Shown piece after piece: positions 50,005 through 58,828 of a stretch of 64,000 nt of DNA. The position numbers and the translations under genes were made by a program. The notes under the pieces were generated by a model that saw nothing but the letters and a program-made list of their open reading frames with translations, was not told where the DNA came from and did no database searches. Numbering within the stretch: position 1 is the stretch's first letter; every line of letters begins with the position of its first letter. Location: contig JACOUC010000035.1 in NCBI GenBank assembly GCA_016178055.1, forward strand, positions 77,325-141,324. Reading direction: 5' to 3'. Source of the DNA: Chlamydiota bacterium. GTDB lineage: Bacteria; Auribacterota; JACPWU01.

Positions 50005-50859
50005 TTACACCACATCCGCAAAAAAGCGCTCCGTCCTACGAAAATAAAAAAGTCCGCCCACAAAAATAATAACGGCCACAGCAACAGAAATTCCTAAAGA
50101 GCCCCAATGAATGGGTTGATGTGCGAGGAAACAGGCCCGATGGGCCTCGATTAAACCACTCATGGGATTGAGCATCAAAAGCCAGCGATATTTTTCTGGC
50201 ACCATTGAAGCGGGATAAATGACCGGCGTTGCGAAGAGCATCAACTGAATAAAAAAGGGAAGCGCATATTGAATGTCCCGATATTTCACATTAAGCGCGG
50301 AAAGCCAAAGCCCCCACCCTGTCGCAGCGATCATCGAGAAGAAAACAATCGCGGGGAGCATGAGAAAAGACACACTGGGAGGAAAGCCGTAGTAAAACAT
50401 CATGCCCAGGAGAATAACCACCGCAATGGCATAGTCCATCAATCCCGAAAGAGTGGCTGAAAGAGGGATCACAAGTCGTGGGAAATACACCTTGGTCAAG
50501 AGATTTGAACTCCCCACGAGACTCGCCCCTGAGTGAGAGAGGGCTCCTGAAAAATAAGTCCAAAGAAGAAGCCCTGAATAAGAAAAAATAGGATAAGGAA
50601 CGCCATCCGAGGGAAGGCGGGCAATTTTTCCAAAGAAAATGGTGAATACGACCATGCTAAAGAAAGGTTGGATAATCGCCCAAAGAGCCCCCAAAACCGT
50701 TTGCTTATACCTGACCTTGATATCCCGCCAGGTCAGAAAATAGAGAAGCTCCCTAAAATCCCACAAGGCCTTCCAATCAATGGGAACCCATCCCTTGGAA
50801 GAACGAATGATGATTTTGGGAATAGAAGAAACCGATGAAGCTGATATTTCCTGAGCCAT
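50005..50859 (-). CDS. wzm: O-antigen ABC exporter permease
   Basis: RDIKVRYKQTVLG..WAIIQP, KVYFPR, YRD, TPVIYP, NPM. Confidence 0.93.
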   Translation of the reverse strand: MAQEISASSVSSIPKIIIRSSKGWVPIDWKALWDFRELLYFLTWRDIKVRYKQTVLGALWAIIQPFFSMVVFTIFFGKIARLPSDGVPYPIFSYSGLLLWTYFSGALSHSGASLVGSSNLLTKVYFPRLVIPLSATLSGLMDYAIAVVILLGMMFYYGFPPSVSFLMLPAIVFFSMIAATGWGLWLSALNVKYRDIQYALPFFIQLMLFATPVIYPASMVPEKYRWLLMLNPMSGLIEAHRACFLAHQPIHWGSLGISVAVAVIIFVGGLFYFRRTERFFADVV

Positions 50860-50890
50860 TATTCTCTTTTCATCTTTTTGAATTCATGAT

Positions 50891-53296
50891 CTATTTCTTG
50901 AGCGCCTCTGCCAGAACATTCCAAACGTGGTTCAATTTGTTCAAAACTTCCTCATTAGGAAGCGGAATTTTTAAAATAGGCCGCCCGGTGTTCTGATCCT
51001 TTTCAACAAAAGATGAAAAAGAAGTTGATCCCGAAGAAGATTTTGAAATGACGTCTCTCAATTTTTCGAGCAGTGTAACACCCGCCGTCATCAGTTCATG
51101 CATGGGTTGAAGGGGCGCCTCAGCTCCCTCGGATTCTTGTTCCTCTCTTTCAAACTCTGAACCGGTGTCTTGCGTGACCTCTTTAGGCTCAAGCTTGGGG
51201 GCGACCCCAGAAGAAGACTTTGCCACAAGCTCCACCGTCTTCATAAAGCGCTTAAACCTGTCTTCTCCCATAAAGACCTCGCTTTGACCCCCATCCAAAA
51301 CCCCTTCGAAAAGGGATCTCTTAAATTTGAGAAGTTTCAGCAACTCCTCTTCAATGGTCCCTGAAGAGATAAAGTGAACCACATGAACAGGTTTCTTTTG
51401 CCCCAGCCGATGAACCCTCGCGATACGCTGCTCCAAAACAGCCGGGTTCCAGGGACAATCCAAATTGATGACCATGGAGGCACATTGTAGATTGAGCCCC
51501 ACACCCCCTGCGTCTGTGGAGAGAAACACTCTTGCCTTAGGATCGTGATGAAACCGGTGCAAGAGATCCTTGCGCTGCCGACTCGGCACCCCGCCATGCA
51601 AAGATTCAAATCCAACTCCAATCTCTTCGAGTCGTTCCGCTACCAAACGCGTCATCCTTTCCCACTGACTGAAGATCACGACCTTTTCTTCCTCTCGCTC
51701 AAATACCTCTTTTAGAAATGTCATCATCTCATCAATTTTAGGCCCTTTGCGAGTCTTCTCATCCAAAATAAACGTGTTATTACTCACCATGCGCATGGAA
51801 TTGAGGCAAATCATCAAGATCTGCCGATCCTTTTCAGACAAAAATTTAAACCGCCGCCATTTGTTGACCAAACGACAAACGGTCTCGTAATTTTCCTGAT
51901 GAATTTTCCATTGTTCTTCTGTGACCGGAACAAAAAAATGCTTCTCGATTCGGGGCGGCAACTGCTCAAGCACCTCTTTTTTGTGACGACGGATGAGAAT
52001 AGAAGAGAGGCTCGAGCCAATTTCATGCAAGGACCGGTAGCCCACCACCTTTCCATTTTCATCCAAAACTTGATGCTTCTCCAAAAATCGAAAGAGCGGC
52101 CCCAATTTAAAACGATCCACAAATTCCACAATCGAGTGAAGTTCTTCAAGACGGTTCTCCAGAGGCGTTCCCGTAAGAACAAGCGCATAAGGAGATGCGA
52201 TTCTCTTAATATTTCGAGCCGTTCTGGTTTTCCAATTTTTAATGCGCTGGGCCTCATCCAAAATCACCAAATCCGGGGAAAATTTTTGAATAACCTCTAA
52301 ATCATTTTGAACCGCATGATAGGTCGCGATCTTAAAAAATTCAGGCCCCAAATATTGCTCTCTTCTCTTAAGAAAAGATCCCTCAATGGCGCATGCGGAC
52401 CGCGTTGTAAACTTTTCTATCTCCGAGAGCCATTGATACTTTAAAGACGTTGGGCAAATGACAAGAACCTTCTCAATCCCAAATTCTTTCGCCATCAACT
52501 CGGCTGCCCCCATCGCTTGAATCGTCTTCCCTAACCCCATGTCATCCGCGATCAGGGCACGGCCTGCCTTTGCCGCAAAGAGAATGCCTTCCTTCTGATA
52601 GGGATAAAGCGAGGTCTTAAGAAGCGCATCCAAACGAGGGTCATGAACCCCTTGTGAATACCGCTCCTCTATCAAACGCCGTCTGCGACGATCCTCCCTC
52701 ATCTCAACAATAAATTGAAACGCATCAGAGTAACAGCGGAATTGCGGATCGAGTCTTAGTACCGCCTCCAGGAATTTTTCGAAGTGATCGTAGGCCTGGG
52801 GGAGAAGGACATGATTCTCATCAAAATATCCTGAGGCGAGCTTCTTCAAAGAATCGATCTGGCGAAGTCCTATCCTCAAGACAACTTTCCTTTCCATCCC
52901 ATACCTCAAAGAGATAGAAGAATAAGACGGCGTAAAACCCTGCTTAAAAATGGCAGAGGCCCCGCGCTTTCTTTTGAGCTGATGAAGCGTGTACTCAATA
53001 TGCTTACAGGTGCCCAACGTATTGATTTTAAAATCGGGGCAGGAACAATAATTAAGACCGATCTTTTCGCTTCGAATCGCGACCTTGTAAACTTTTTGAT
53101 TTTGAGGATTCGTCACCTCAAAATCAGAAAAGACAGGATGCCCATTGAGATTCTTAACCTTGAAATTCTGATCCAACGCATACTGCCGCCGCAAGGCCTT
53201 CTGCCAATCCTCATAAGAGAGATTGGCCGGCTTAAAATAATAGGGGACTCTTTCTGATGACGTGATACGAGATTTCTTAGATTTTTTAGCGATCAT
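50891..53296 (-). CDS. SWIM zinc finger + SNF2-family helicase
   Basis: CSCPDF...CKH, ADDMGLGKT, DEAQ, TGTP, QRIARVHR. Confidence 0.92.
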   Translation of the reverse strand: MIAKKSKKSRITSSERVPYYFKPANLSYEDWQKALRRQYALDQNFKVKNLNGHPVFSDFEVTNPQNQKVYKVAIRSEKIGLNYCSCPDFKINTLGTCKHIEYTLHQLKRKRGASAIFKQGFTPSYSSISLRYGMERKVVLRIGLRQIDSLKKLASGYFDENHVLLPQAYDHFEKFLEAVLRLDPQFRCYSDAFQFIVEMREDRRRRRLIEERYSQGVHDPRLDALLKTSLYPYQKEGILFAAKAGRALIADDMGLGKTIQAMGAAELMAKEFGIEKVLVICPTSLKYQWLSEIEKFTTRSACAIEGSFLKRREQYLGPEFFKIATYHAVQNDLEVIQKFSPDLVILDEAQRIKNWKTRTARNIKRIASPYALVLTGTPLENRLEELHSIVEFVDRFKLGPLFRFLEKHQVLDENGKVVGYRSLHEIGSSLSSILIRRHKKEVLEQLPPRIEKHFFVPVTEEQWKIHQENYETVCRLVNKWRRFKFLSEKDRQILMICLNSMRMVSNNTFILDEKTRKGPKIDEMMTFLKEVFEREEEKVVIFSQWERMTRLVAERLEEIGVGFESLHGGVPSRQRKDLLHRFHHDPKARVFLSTDAGGVGLNLQCASMVINLDCPWNPAVLEQRIARVHRLGQKKPVHVVHFISSGTIEEELLKLLKFKRSLFEGVLDGGQSEVFMGEDRFKRFMKTVELVAKSSSGVAPKLEPKEVTQDTGSEFEREEQESEGAEAPLQPMHELMTAGVTLLEKLRDVISKSSSGSTSFSSFVEKDQNTGRPILKIPLPNEEVLNKLNHVWNVLAEALKK

Positions 53297-53348
53297 AAAA
53301 CACCCCTGCTATCAATAGTCAACACACCCTGAGAATATAAATTCTTAT

Positions 53349-53939
53349 TTAAACACCCAACCCCGCTTCGCAAAATGCCTTTTCAAGCAAATCATCTACC
53401 TTAAGTTTTTTTGCCCAATCTCTAAGATAAGGGACCTGAAGTTCTTTACCTTGCACCTTCATCACACCGAGAACATCCGACCACTGACGATCTGAAATTC
53501 TACCCGACATGTTATACCATTCTAGCTTATTAAGAATAACATCCTCAGCGGAGGCAAAATAGCACTCTAACCCGCCAGATTCCTGTCCCAAAACATCTTT
53601 TTCTTTTCTTCGAAAAGCCTCATAATCGTATTCACGGTCCTTTAAAATAAAAATATCTATCTTCATCATTGTTTGCAAATGTATCAGGTTAAATGAAGAC
53701 CTGTTTTGAATAGCCTCGACCATGGATTCTTCCGAAATATAGTATTGATCTGATAAGCGCTTAATTAAAGGTTGAATCTGTGCCTTGCAAATGTTAGCTA
53801 CTAGATCAATATCTAGGGTCGTACGTGGCACACCACAAACAGAACTAGCCACTGAACCCCCTATTTGATAAGAAACATCCAACGCCTCAAAAGCAGTGAT
53901 CACGTTTCGAAGCGCCAAAAGAATATCCGAATTATCCAT
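53349..53939 (-). CDS. Nucleotidyltransferase-fold protein, putative TA component
   Basis: IGGSVAS..G.PRTTLDIDLV, EDVILNKL. Confidence 0.7.
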   Translation of the reverse strand: MDNSDILLALRNVITAFEALDVSYQIGGSVASSVCGVPRTTLDIDLVANICKAQIQPLIKRLSDQYYISEESMVEAIQNRSSFNLIHLQTMMKIDIFILKDREYDYEAFRRKEKDVLGQESGGLECYFASAEDVILNKLEWYNMSGRISDRQWSDVLGVMKVQGKELQVPYLRDWAKKLKVDDLLEKAFCEAGLGV

Positions 53940-54186
53940 GTTTGGCTATTTGCTGATATCGCTTCACACGTTCGGATAATTCGGGGCCATAATTCAACGA
54001 CAGAAAAAGAAGATTCCTTTCCTCCGATGCCATCTCGGGATTCCGTCTGGCGATCGCTCTTCTGGAAAGTTGATTTATGAAATGAGTCAAAGAACACATG
54101 ATTTCAAAACGACGAGGCCTTCCAGCCTCCCGCAAAAGCTTGATCTGCACCCTCTCTGCGTCAGGACTCGTATCGGTAAATTTCAA
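53932..54186 (-). CDS. Small protein, putative antitoxin partner
   Basis: 84 aa, overlaps the NTase start. Confidence 0.6.
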   Translation of the reverse strand: MKFTDTSPDAERVQIKLLREAGRPRRFEIMCSLTHFINQLSRRAIARRNPEMASEERNLLFLSLNYGPELSERVKRYQQIAKHG

Positions 54187-54211
54187 ATTTGTAGCCTATT
54201 TTTTAATCCTT

Positions 54212-54865
54212 TCAAAATTCTCTCCCCCCTTTCTCACTCAAAAGCACCGTTTCCCGATCGGATGAATATTCAGCTTTTCCAATGATAAGATCGACAACAG
54301 CCAAAAGCCAAAGCTGATGAATTGTTTCGACAATATTATAGGCCTTACTCCCAACCCATAAATTGATATCCCCCAACTGCCTTAAGGGATTATCAGGCTC
54401 AAATCCTGAAAGCGTTATAATTTTTCCACATTGCTTTTGACGAGCCGCTTGACAACCATTTAAAATATTCTTAGATCGTCCGCTGGAAGAAATCACAATT
54501 AAAGTATCGCCAGGTTCGCCATAAAAATAGACCGCCTTTTCCACCCAGCGTTCATAGCCGTAATCATTTGAGAAGCAAGTAATGAGTCCCGCCTCATTAA
54601 AATTGATACACCGTACACCTGCACTTTTCGTGAGATCAACGCTCAAATGCCCTGCAATTCCGGCGCTTCCGCCATTTCCCGCGACCATCACCTTCTTCCC
54701 AGCCCGCTGAGTCTCTTCCAAAACTTCTTTTATCGAAACAAGAGTATCTAAAACCTCAAACCCTGGGACCAAGGAGGCAGCGGCCATCTCAAAATATTTT
54801 TCTAAGAAGATGCGAGGTTCACCTGGAGTGAACACCCTTTCTTTTTTTTCGGACACTGGACTCAC
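54212..54865 (-). CDS. SIS-domain phosphoheptose isomerase-like (GmhA-like) protein
   Basis: GNGGSA, NDYGY, ISSSGRS.N, VETIH. Confidence 0.85.
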   Translation of the reverse strand: MSPVSEKKERVFTPGEPRIFLEKYFEMAAASLVPGFEVLDTLVSIKEVLEETQRAGKKVMVAGNGGSAGIAGHLSVDLTKSAGVRCINFNEAGLITCFSNDYGYERWVEKAVYFYGEPGDTLIVISSSGRSKNILNGCQAARQKQCGKIITLSGFEPDNPLRQLGDINLWVGSKAYNIVETIHQLWLLAVVDLIIGKAEYSSDRETVLLSEKGGREF

Positions 54866-55317
54866 TTCCTTCTTTTAACCTTCTTAGCAAGAACTTTTTC
54901 TGAAACGCAATAATGCTTCAAGAGAGTCTTAGTAAAATCTTCCAAATCCTTCAAATGGTTCTGAAGAATTTTTTTTAATATGTCAACATTCAACTCCTGA
55001 TATTGATGAACAGCAATATTGCGAAATCCAACCATCGCTTGAAGATGCTTCGATAAAGAAGCATCGATTATTTTACCCTCGGCAAGAAATTTAAACTGAT
55101 CTTTAAGGCTGGTTGGCATCCCGAGTTTTTCTTCCGAGACAACATGGGCCGCCAAATCCATGGCGGCTTGAATGGCCCTTTGCAAATTCAAAACGAAAGC
55201 GTCCTGAATCATCATGTCATCCAATTTAGAAGCCTTTAATCCTGTCATCTCGACAATACGCTTCAAACAACGATGAACAATGGCCGATTTTTCTAAAATG
55301 ATGTCTGCGTCAATCAT
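54862..55317 (-). CDS. HepT/DUF86 HEPN ribonuclease toxin
   Basis: GFRNIAVHQY (RX4HXY). Confidence 0.9.
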   Translation of the reverse strand: MIDADIILEKSAIVHRCLKRIVEMTGLKASKLDDMMIQDAFVLNLQRAIQAAMDLAAHVVSEEKLGMPTSLKDQFKFLAEGKIIDASLSKHLQAMVGFRNIAVHQYQELNVDILKKILQNHLKDLEDFTKTLLKHYCVSEKVLAKKVKRRK

Positions 55318-55723
55318 AAATGCTCCATTTCACCAACGCCTTTTCAACAGGGAGGCGAACTTGTTTTAAATCAAAATACTCATTCAAAGCCCTGATGAAA
55401 AATTCCTGAGCGATCCGCGGCTTCTTGACCATTAAACACTTTCCGTATTTAATGACCTGATGCTTCAAAATGGGTGAAACCTCATCCAAATTAACCAAGT
55501 CCACATCTCGATTAAACTTTTCTGAAAGCTCCATCTTCATTTGAACGAGCTCTCTATACGATGGATCCTTTCCCCTCTCGTACAAAAGGCCCATATCAAT
55601 ATCACTCCAACGATTCTGCTGACTTTTAGCAAAAGAACCATAGAGATAGACGGCCACAAGATGCGTACGCGGACGCCTTTTGAAATAAACTGAAACCTCC
55701 TTTTCAATCTTTTCGGAATTCAT
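55310..55723 (-). CDS. MntA-type nucleotidyltransferase antitoxin
   Basis: YLYGS...SDIDMG...VDLV. Confidence 0.88.
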   Translation of the reverse strand: MNSEKIEKEVSVYFKRRPRTHLVAVYLYGSFAKSQQNRWSDIDMGLLYERGKDPSYRELVQMKMELSEKFNRDVDLVNLDEVSPILKHQVIKYGKCLMVKKPRIAQEFFIRALNEYFDLKQVRLPVEKALVKWSIYD

Positions 55724-56964
55724 CACGCCGCCGCCTCTTGCCGGGGATATCTCCAATAAAGCCCATCGGCAATTCCTTTCGAAAGCCATTGGGCAAAAGG
55801 AAGCGCCGAGGTCATTCCGGGAGAGACCACATTCAAGAGATGAATGGAACGGCGAGTCGTTTCAACTACCAAATCATCTTGAAATTGGCCGTCCGATCGA
55901 ATGAGCTGGGCCCGAATTCCAACTCTTTTGGCTAAAGTTAAATCTTCTAATCGAAGTCCATCCACTAGTCGGCTTGCCTCTTTTAAAAAATGTTTTTTGC
56001 TGCACGAATTTTTTAATTCACTCCAAGCGACCTCCCTTAAGAGGCGATTTGTTCGAAGGGCCTTCCAAAGTCCGCGATGAAAAATCATTTGAGAAAAATC
56101 TTTCAAATTAAAACTCCATTTACTGTAGGCCTCTCTTCCAAAGGCTGGAACGGCATTGGGCCCAATGAGAATCGAACCTGCAATAGTTTTAGTGAGATGA
56201 ACTCCCAAAAAAGGAAATTCAGGATTGGGAACGGGATAAATCATGGAATTGATAATGGAGACGCTTTTTCCTCCCACTACAAAGTACTCCCCTCGAAAAG
56301 GATTAATCATATATTCCCGACCCACCTTCATTAAGTGGGCCAAGCGATCGGCATGAAGGCCCGCACAATTAATCAACAATTGAGCCTGATACGTCCATCG
56401 ATTTGTTGAAACCTTAACCTCGTCTTTTCTTTCCTTAATGTGCATCACTTCTTCCCCAAATCCAAAACCAACCCCCAACCGCTCGGCATCGTCACGCAAG
56501 GCTTGGGCAAATTTTACTGAATCGACAATGGCGCCCGTAGGGGAAAAAAGGGCCGCAAGACCCTTGACATTGGGCTCACGACGACGTACTTCTTCGATGG
56601 AGAGGATTTCAATTCCAGGAACCCCATTTTTATCTCCCTTCGCCTTTAATTGATGAAGACTAGGGAGCTCCTCCTCGCGGGTTGCAACCACATAAGTTCC
56701 CACCTCTTCACAAGGAATCTGTCTTTCCTTGCAATAAGCCCGAGTCTGACGATTTCCATCCACACAAAGCTGGGCCTTTAATGTACCGGGCTTTTGATTA
56801 AATCCAGAATGAATGACACCGCTATTGCGCCCGCTGGTATGAAAGGCAACGCCATTTTCTTTTTCCAAGACGAGCACGCGATCAAAACGCCGCCCTAATT
56901 CTTTTGCGAGAGAACACCCCACAATCCCTCCCCCCACAATAAGAATGTCATAGAGACGGTTCAC
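55723..56964 (-). CDS. L-2-hydroxyglutarate oxidase (LhgO)-family FAD oxidoreductase
   Basis: GGGIVG, HTSGRNSGVIHSG, PFLGVH, SPGMTS. Confidence 0.88.
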   Translation of the reverse strand: MNRLYDILIVGGGIVGCSLAKELGRRFDRVLVLEKENGVAFHTSGRNSGVIHSGFNQKPGTLKAQLCVDGNRQTRAYCKERQIPCEEVGTYVVATREEELPSLHQLKAKGDKNGVPGIEILSIEEVRRREPNVKGLAALFSPTGAIVDSVKFAQALRDDAERLGVGFGFGEEVMHIKERKDEVKVSTNRWTYQAQLLINCAGLHADRLAHLMKVGREYMINPFRGEYFVVGGKSVSIINSMIYPVPNPEFPFLGVHLTKTIAGSILIGPNAVPAFGREAYSKWSFNLKDFSQMIFHRGLWKALRTNRLLREVAWSELKNSCSKKHFLKEASRLVDGLRLEDLTLAKRVGIRAQLIRSDGQFQDDLVVETTRRSIHLLNVVSPGMTSALPFAQWLSKGIADGLYWRYPRQEAAA

Positions 56965-57350
56965 AAACGACTCTCTAAAAGATTCAGTAATCTTTTCATC
57001 AAAGGGGCATAAATTTTAACATCTTTATAAATCTCTTCTGCTATATTTTCATCGTAAGTATGTGAAGTTTTATTTCTACTATCTGTCATCTTCAATAAGA
57101 GTTCTGTGTCTTCAGCCGTGGTAAGCCCCGCTGAAAAAACTTCTCTGAAACATGATTTAGGCGAGTTAGTCTCACTCCCTTCTTTCTCTCTGAGATAAGA
57201 CCGCATCAATTTCCAAAACACTTCGAAGGTATACTCAAATCTCTGAATGGTTGCGTCTCTCACAATGACGGAGTAGCGCTCTTTGAGAATCGCTTCTAAA
57301 GTCTTGAACGCTTTTTTAGCACTCTGATACTTTAAATCTAATTCTTCCAT
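56961..57350 (-). CDS. HI0074-family (HEPN-fold) nucleotidyltransferase substrate-binding protein
   Basis: RDATIQRFEYTFE..WK, RNKTSHTY. Confidence 0.88.
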   Translation of the reverse strand: MEELDLKYQSAKKAFKTLEAILKERYSVIVRDATIQRFEYTFEVFWKLMRSYLREKEGSETNSPKSCFREVFSAGLTTAEDTELLLKMTDSRNKTSHTYDENIAEEIYKDVKIYAPLMKRLLNLLESRL

Positions 57351-57637
57351 ATCACGGCATCCTTCATGACTGCTCTCTTAAACCGCGGAGAGGCCTCTTT
57401 CAAATTCACAACATCCACTTTGTAAGGAATCGTTGACTCTTCAATTTTCTCCCTCAGAAGAAAAATCTTTATCTCCTGCTTCCCCTTTGGAATAATCCCA
57501 ATATCCACATCCGAAGTTGCGTGATGTGTTCCTCTTGCTCGTGAGCCATATAGAACAACCTTGGCATCCTCCCCTTTGAAAAAATCAGTGACCATCTCTC
57601 TGAGACGAACCAGATATTTGTCTTCCTTTAAACTCAT
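57338..57637 (-). CDS. Minimal nucleotidyltransferase
   Basis: LYGSRARG....SDVDIG, PYKVDVV. Confidence 0.88.
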   Translation of the reverse strand: MSLKEDKYLVRLREMVTDFFKGEDAKVVLYGSRARGTHHATSDVDIGIIPKGKQEIKIFLLREKIEESTIPYKVDVVNLKEASPRFKRAVMKDAVIWKN

Positions 57638-57828
57638 AGTCTCTCCCTCTGAAGACACAGAGCTCCGCCCTTTCAGTCACATCTTTTTTCCTGAATGTGA
57701 CCTAGCATTTTTTTCAACGTTTTATCTTGTGCTTCCAAAAATTCCTAATGCTATTGCGAAGGAGACATTTTAAGTTTTACATTGTCCGACAAGATTTTTG
57801 ATGTTTGATTTTTGGATTTTCATTATTT

Positions 57829-58461
57829 TCATATCATCTCAATATTTGCTTCATCAATCTCGATCGATATGGACTTCATAATGAGATCAAATGAAACCAC
57901 CAAACGACAATTTTTATCCTTTCTCACCACAAAACCTTCTACCCCTTTAAAGGGACCCGACTTCACTCGAACAGGCTCTCCAACTTTTAAATAGGGAAAG
58001 GGGTCGATTCGAATCTCCTCTTCAACAAATTTTTGAATCGCCAAAATCTCTGCCTCAGGAACTTGAACAGCAATCTCATCTCTATCTCCAACAAAACGAA
58101 CAGCTCCTTTGGTATTTAAAATTTTATCGCGATTGATAAAAGGAAAGTGAACAAAAATGTAACTTCTAAATAGAGGTTCTTCAATGATGATTCTCCGATC
58201 CGACCATTGCTTTTTGATTTTGCGCAGAGGAAGAAAACATTCAATCCCCTTTTTTTGCAATTCTTGACTCAGAAATTTCTCATGACGGGACCGTGTATAA
58301 AGCGCATACCAAAAAGGGGTAAACCACATCGGGTCAAGATCCAAATCAGAAAAATTATAATCGAAAATCTCCTCGCGGGAAGATAAAACTCGAGATGAAG
58401 GGACTTCTAATACCGACCCATTAGGCAACTCTTGAAAACGTTCTTGAATCAGAGAATCCAT
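57829..58461 (-). CDS. UpxY/NusG-family transcription antiterminator
   Basis: WYALYTRSRHEK, QWSDR, PLFRSYIFV, KOW motif GEPVRVKSGPFKG. Confidence 0.88.
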   Translation of the reverse strand: MDSLIQERFQELPNGSVLEVPSSRVLSSREEIFDYNFSDLDLDPMWFTPFWYALYTRSRHEKFLSQELQKKGIECFLPLRKIKKQWSDRRIIIEEPLFRSYIFVHFPFINRDKILNTKGAVRFVGDRDEIAVQVPEAEILAIQKFVEEEIRIDPFPYLKVGEPVRVKSGPFKGVEGFVVRKDKNCRLVVSFDLIMKSISIEIDEANIEMI

Positions 58462-58483
58462 CTGACTCCAAACTAATTTGATT

Positions 58484-58670
58484 TAACCCAGAATTTGCAA
58501 TAGGCCGCGGAATTCGACGCAAGATCTTGGCCACCTTGGCCTTCAGAAAGCCTCGACAGACATCTGTCAATGTATGCCTACGTTTCCCCCTTCGGGGACC
58601 TTGTCTTCAGGCCAATCTGGCTCAAGCTCTTGCTCTTGAGTTCTCGCGTCTATTGCAAAATCTGGGTTTA
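58484..58670. mobile_element. MITE-like palindromic element of about 185 bp upstream of the antiterminator gene
   Basis: AACCCAGAATTTGCAATAG...CTATTGCAAAATCTGGGTT inverted termini; internal self-complementarity. Confidence 0.7.
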
Positions 58671-58828
58671 GTTAAAAGCGCACCATCCAAATCAAAATCG
58701 GGACCATTTCCAAAGAGTATCAGAGTATTCTTGGTAGAATGATATGTCCAGCTTATTACTAAAAATAATCCAACGGAGTGTAACAAAAAATGAATCTCCC
58801 TTTCAAATGATTTCGAATTTTTTTATAA

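Noticed and set aside
48083..50034. CRISPR array or integron attC reading of the recurring TTACAC.ACATCCGCAAAAAA motif
   Set aside because: Spacing is 500-770 bp with whole genes between copies, the motif is not palindromic, no cas or intI gene is present, and it translates as the Wzm C-terminus.
50860..50890. ATGAATTCAAAAAGATGAAAAG resembling the MntA start at 55723 as another stub
   Set aside because: Short, A-rich and needs gaps to align; could be chance.
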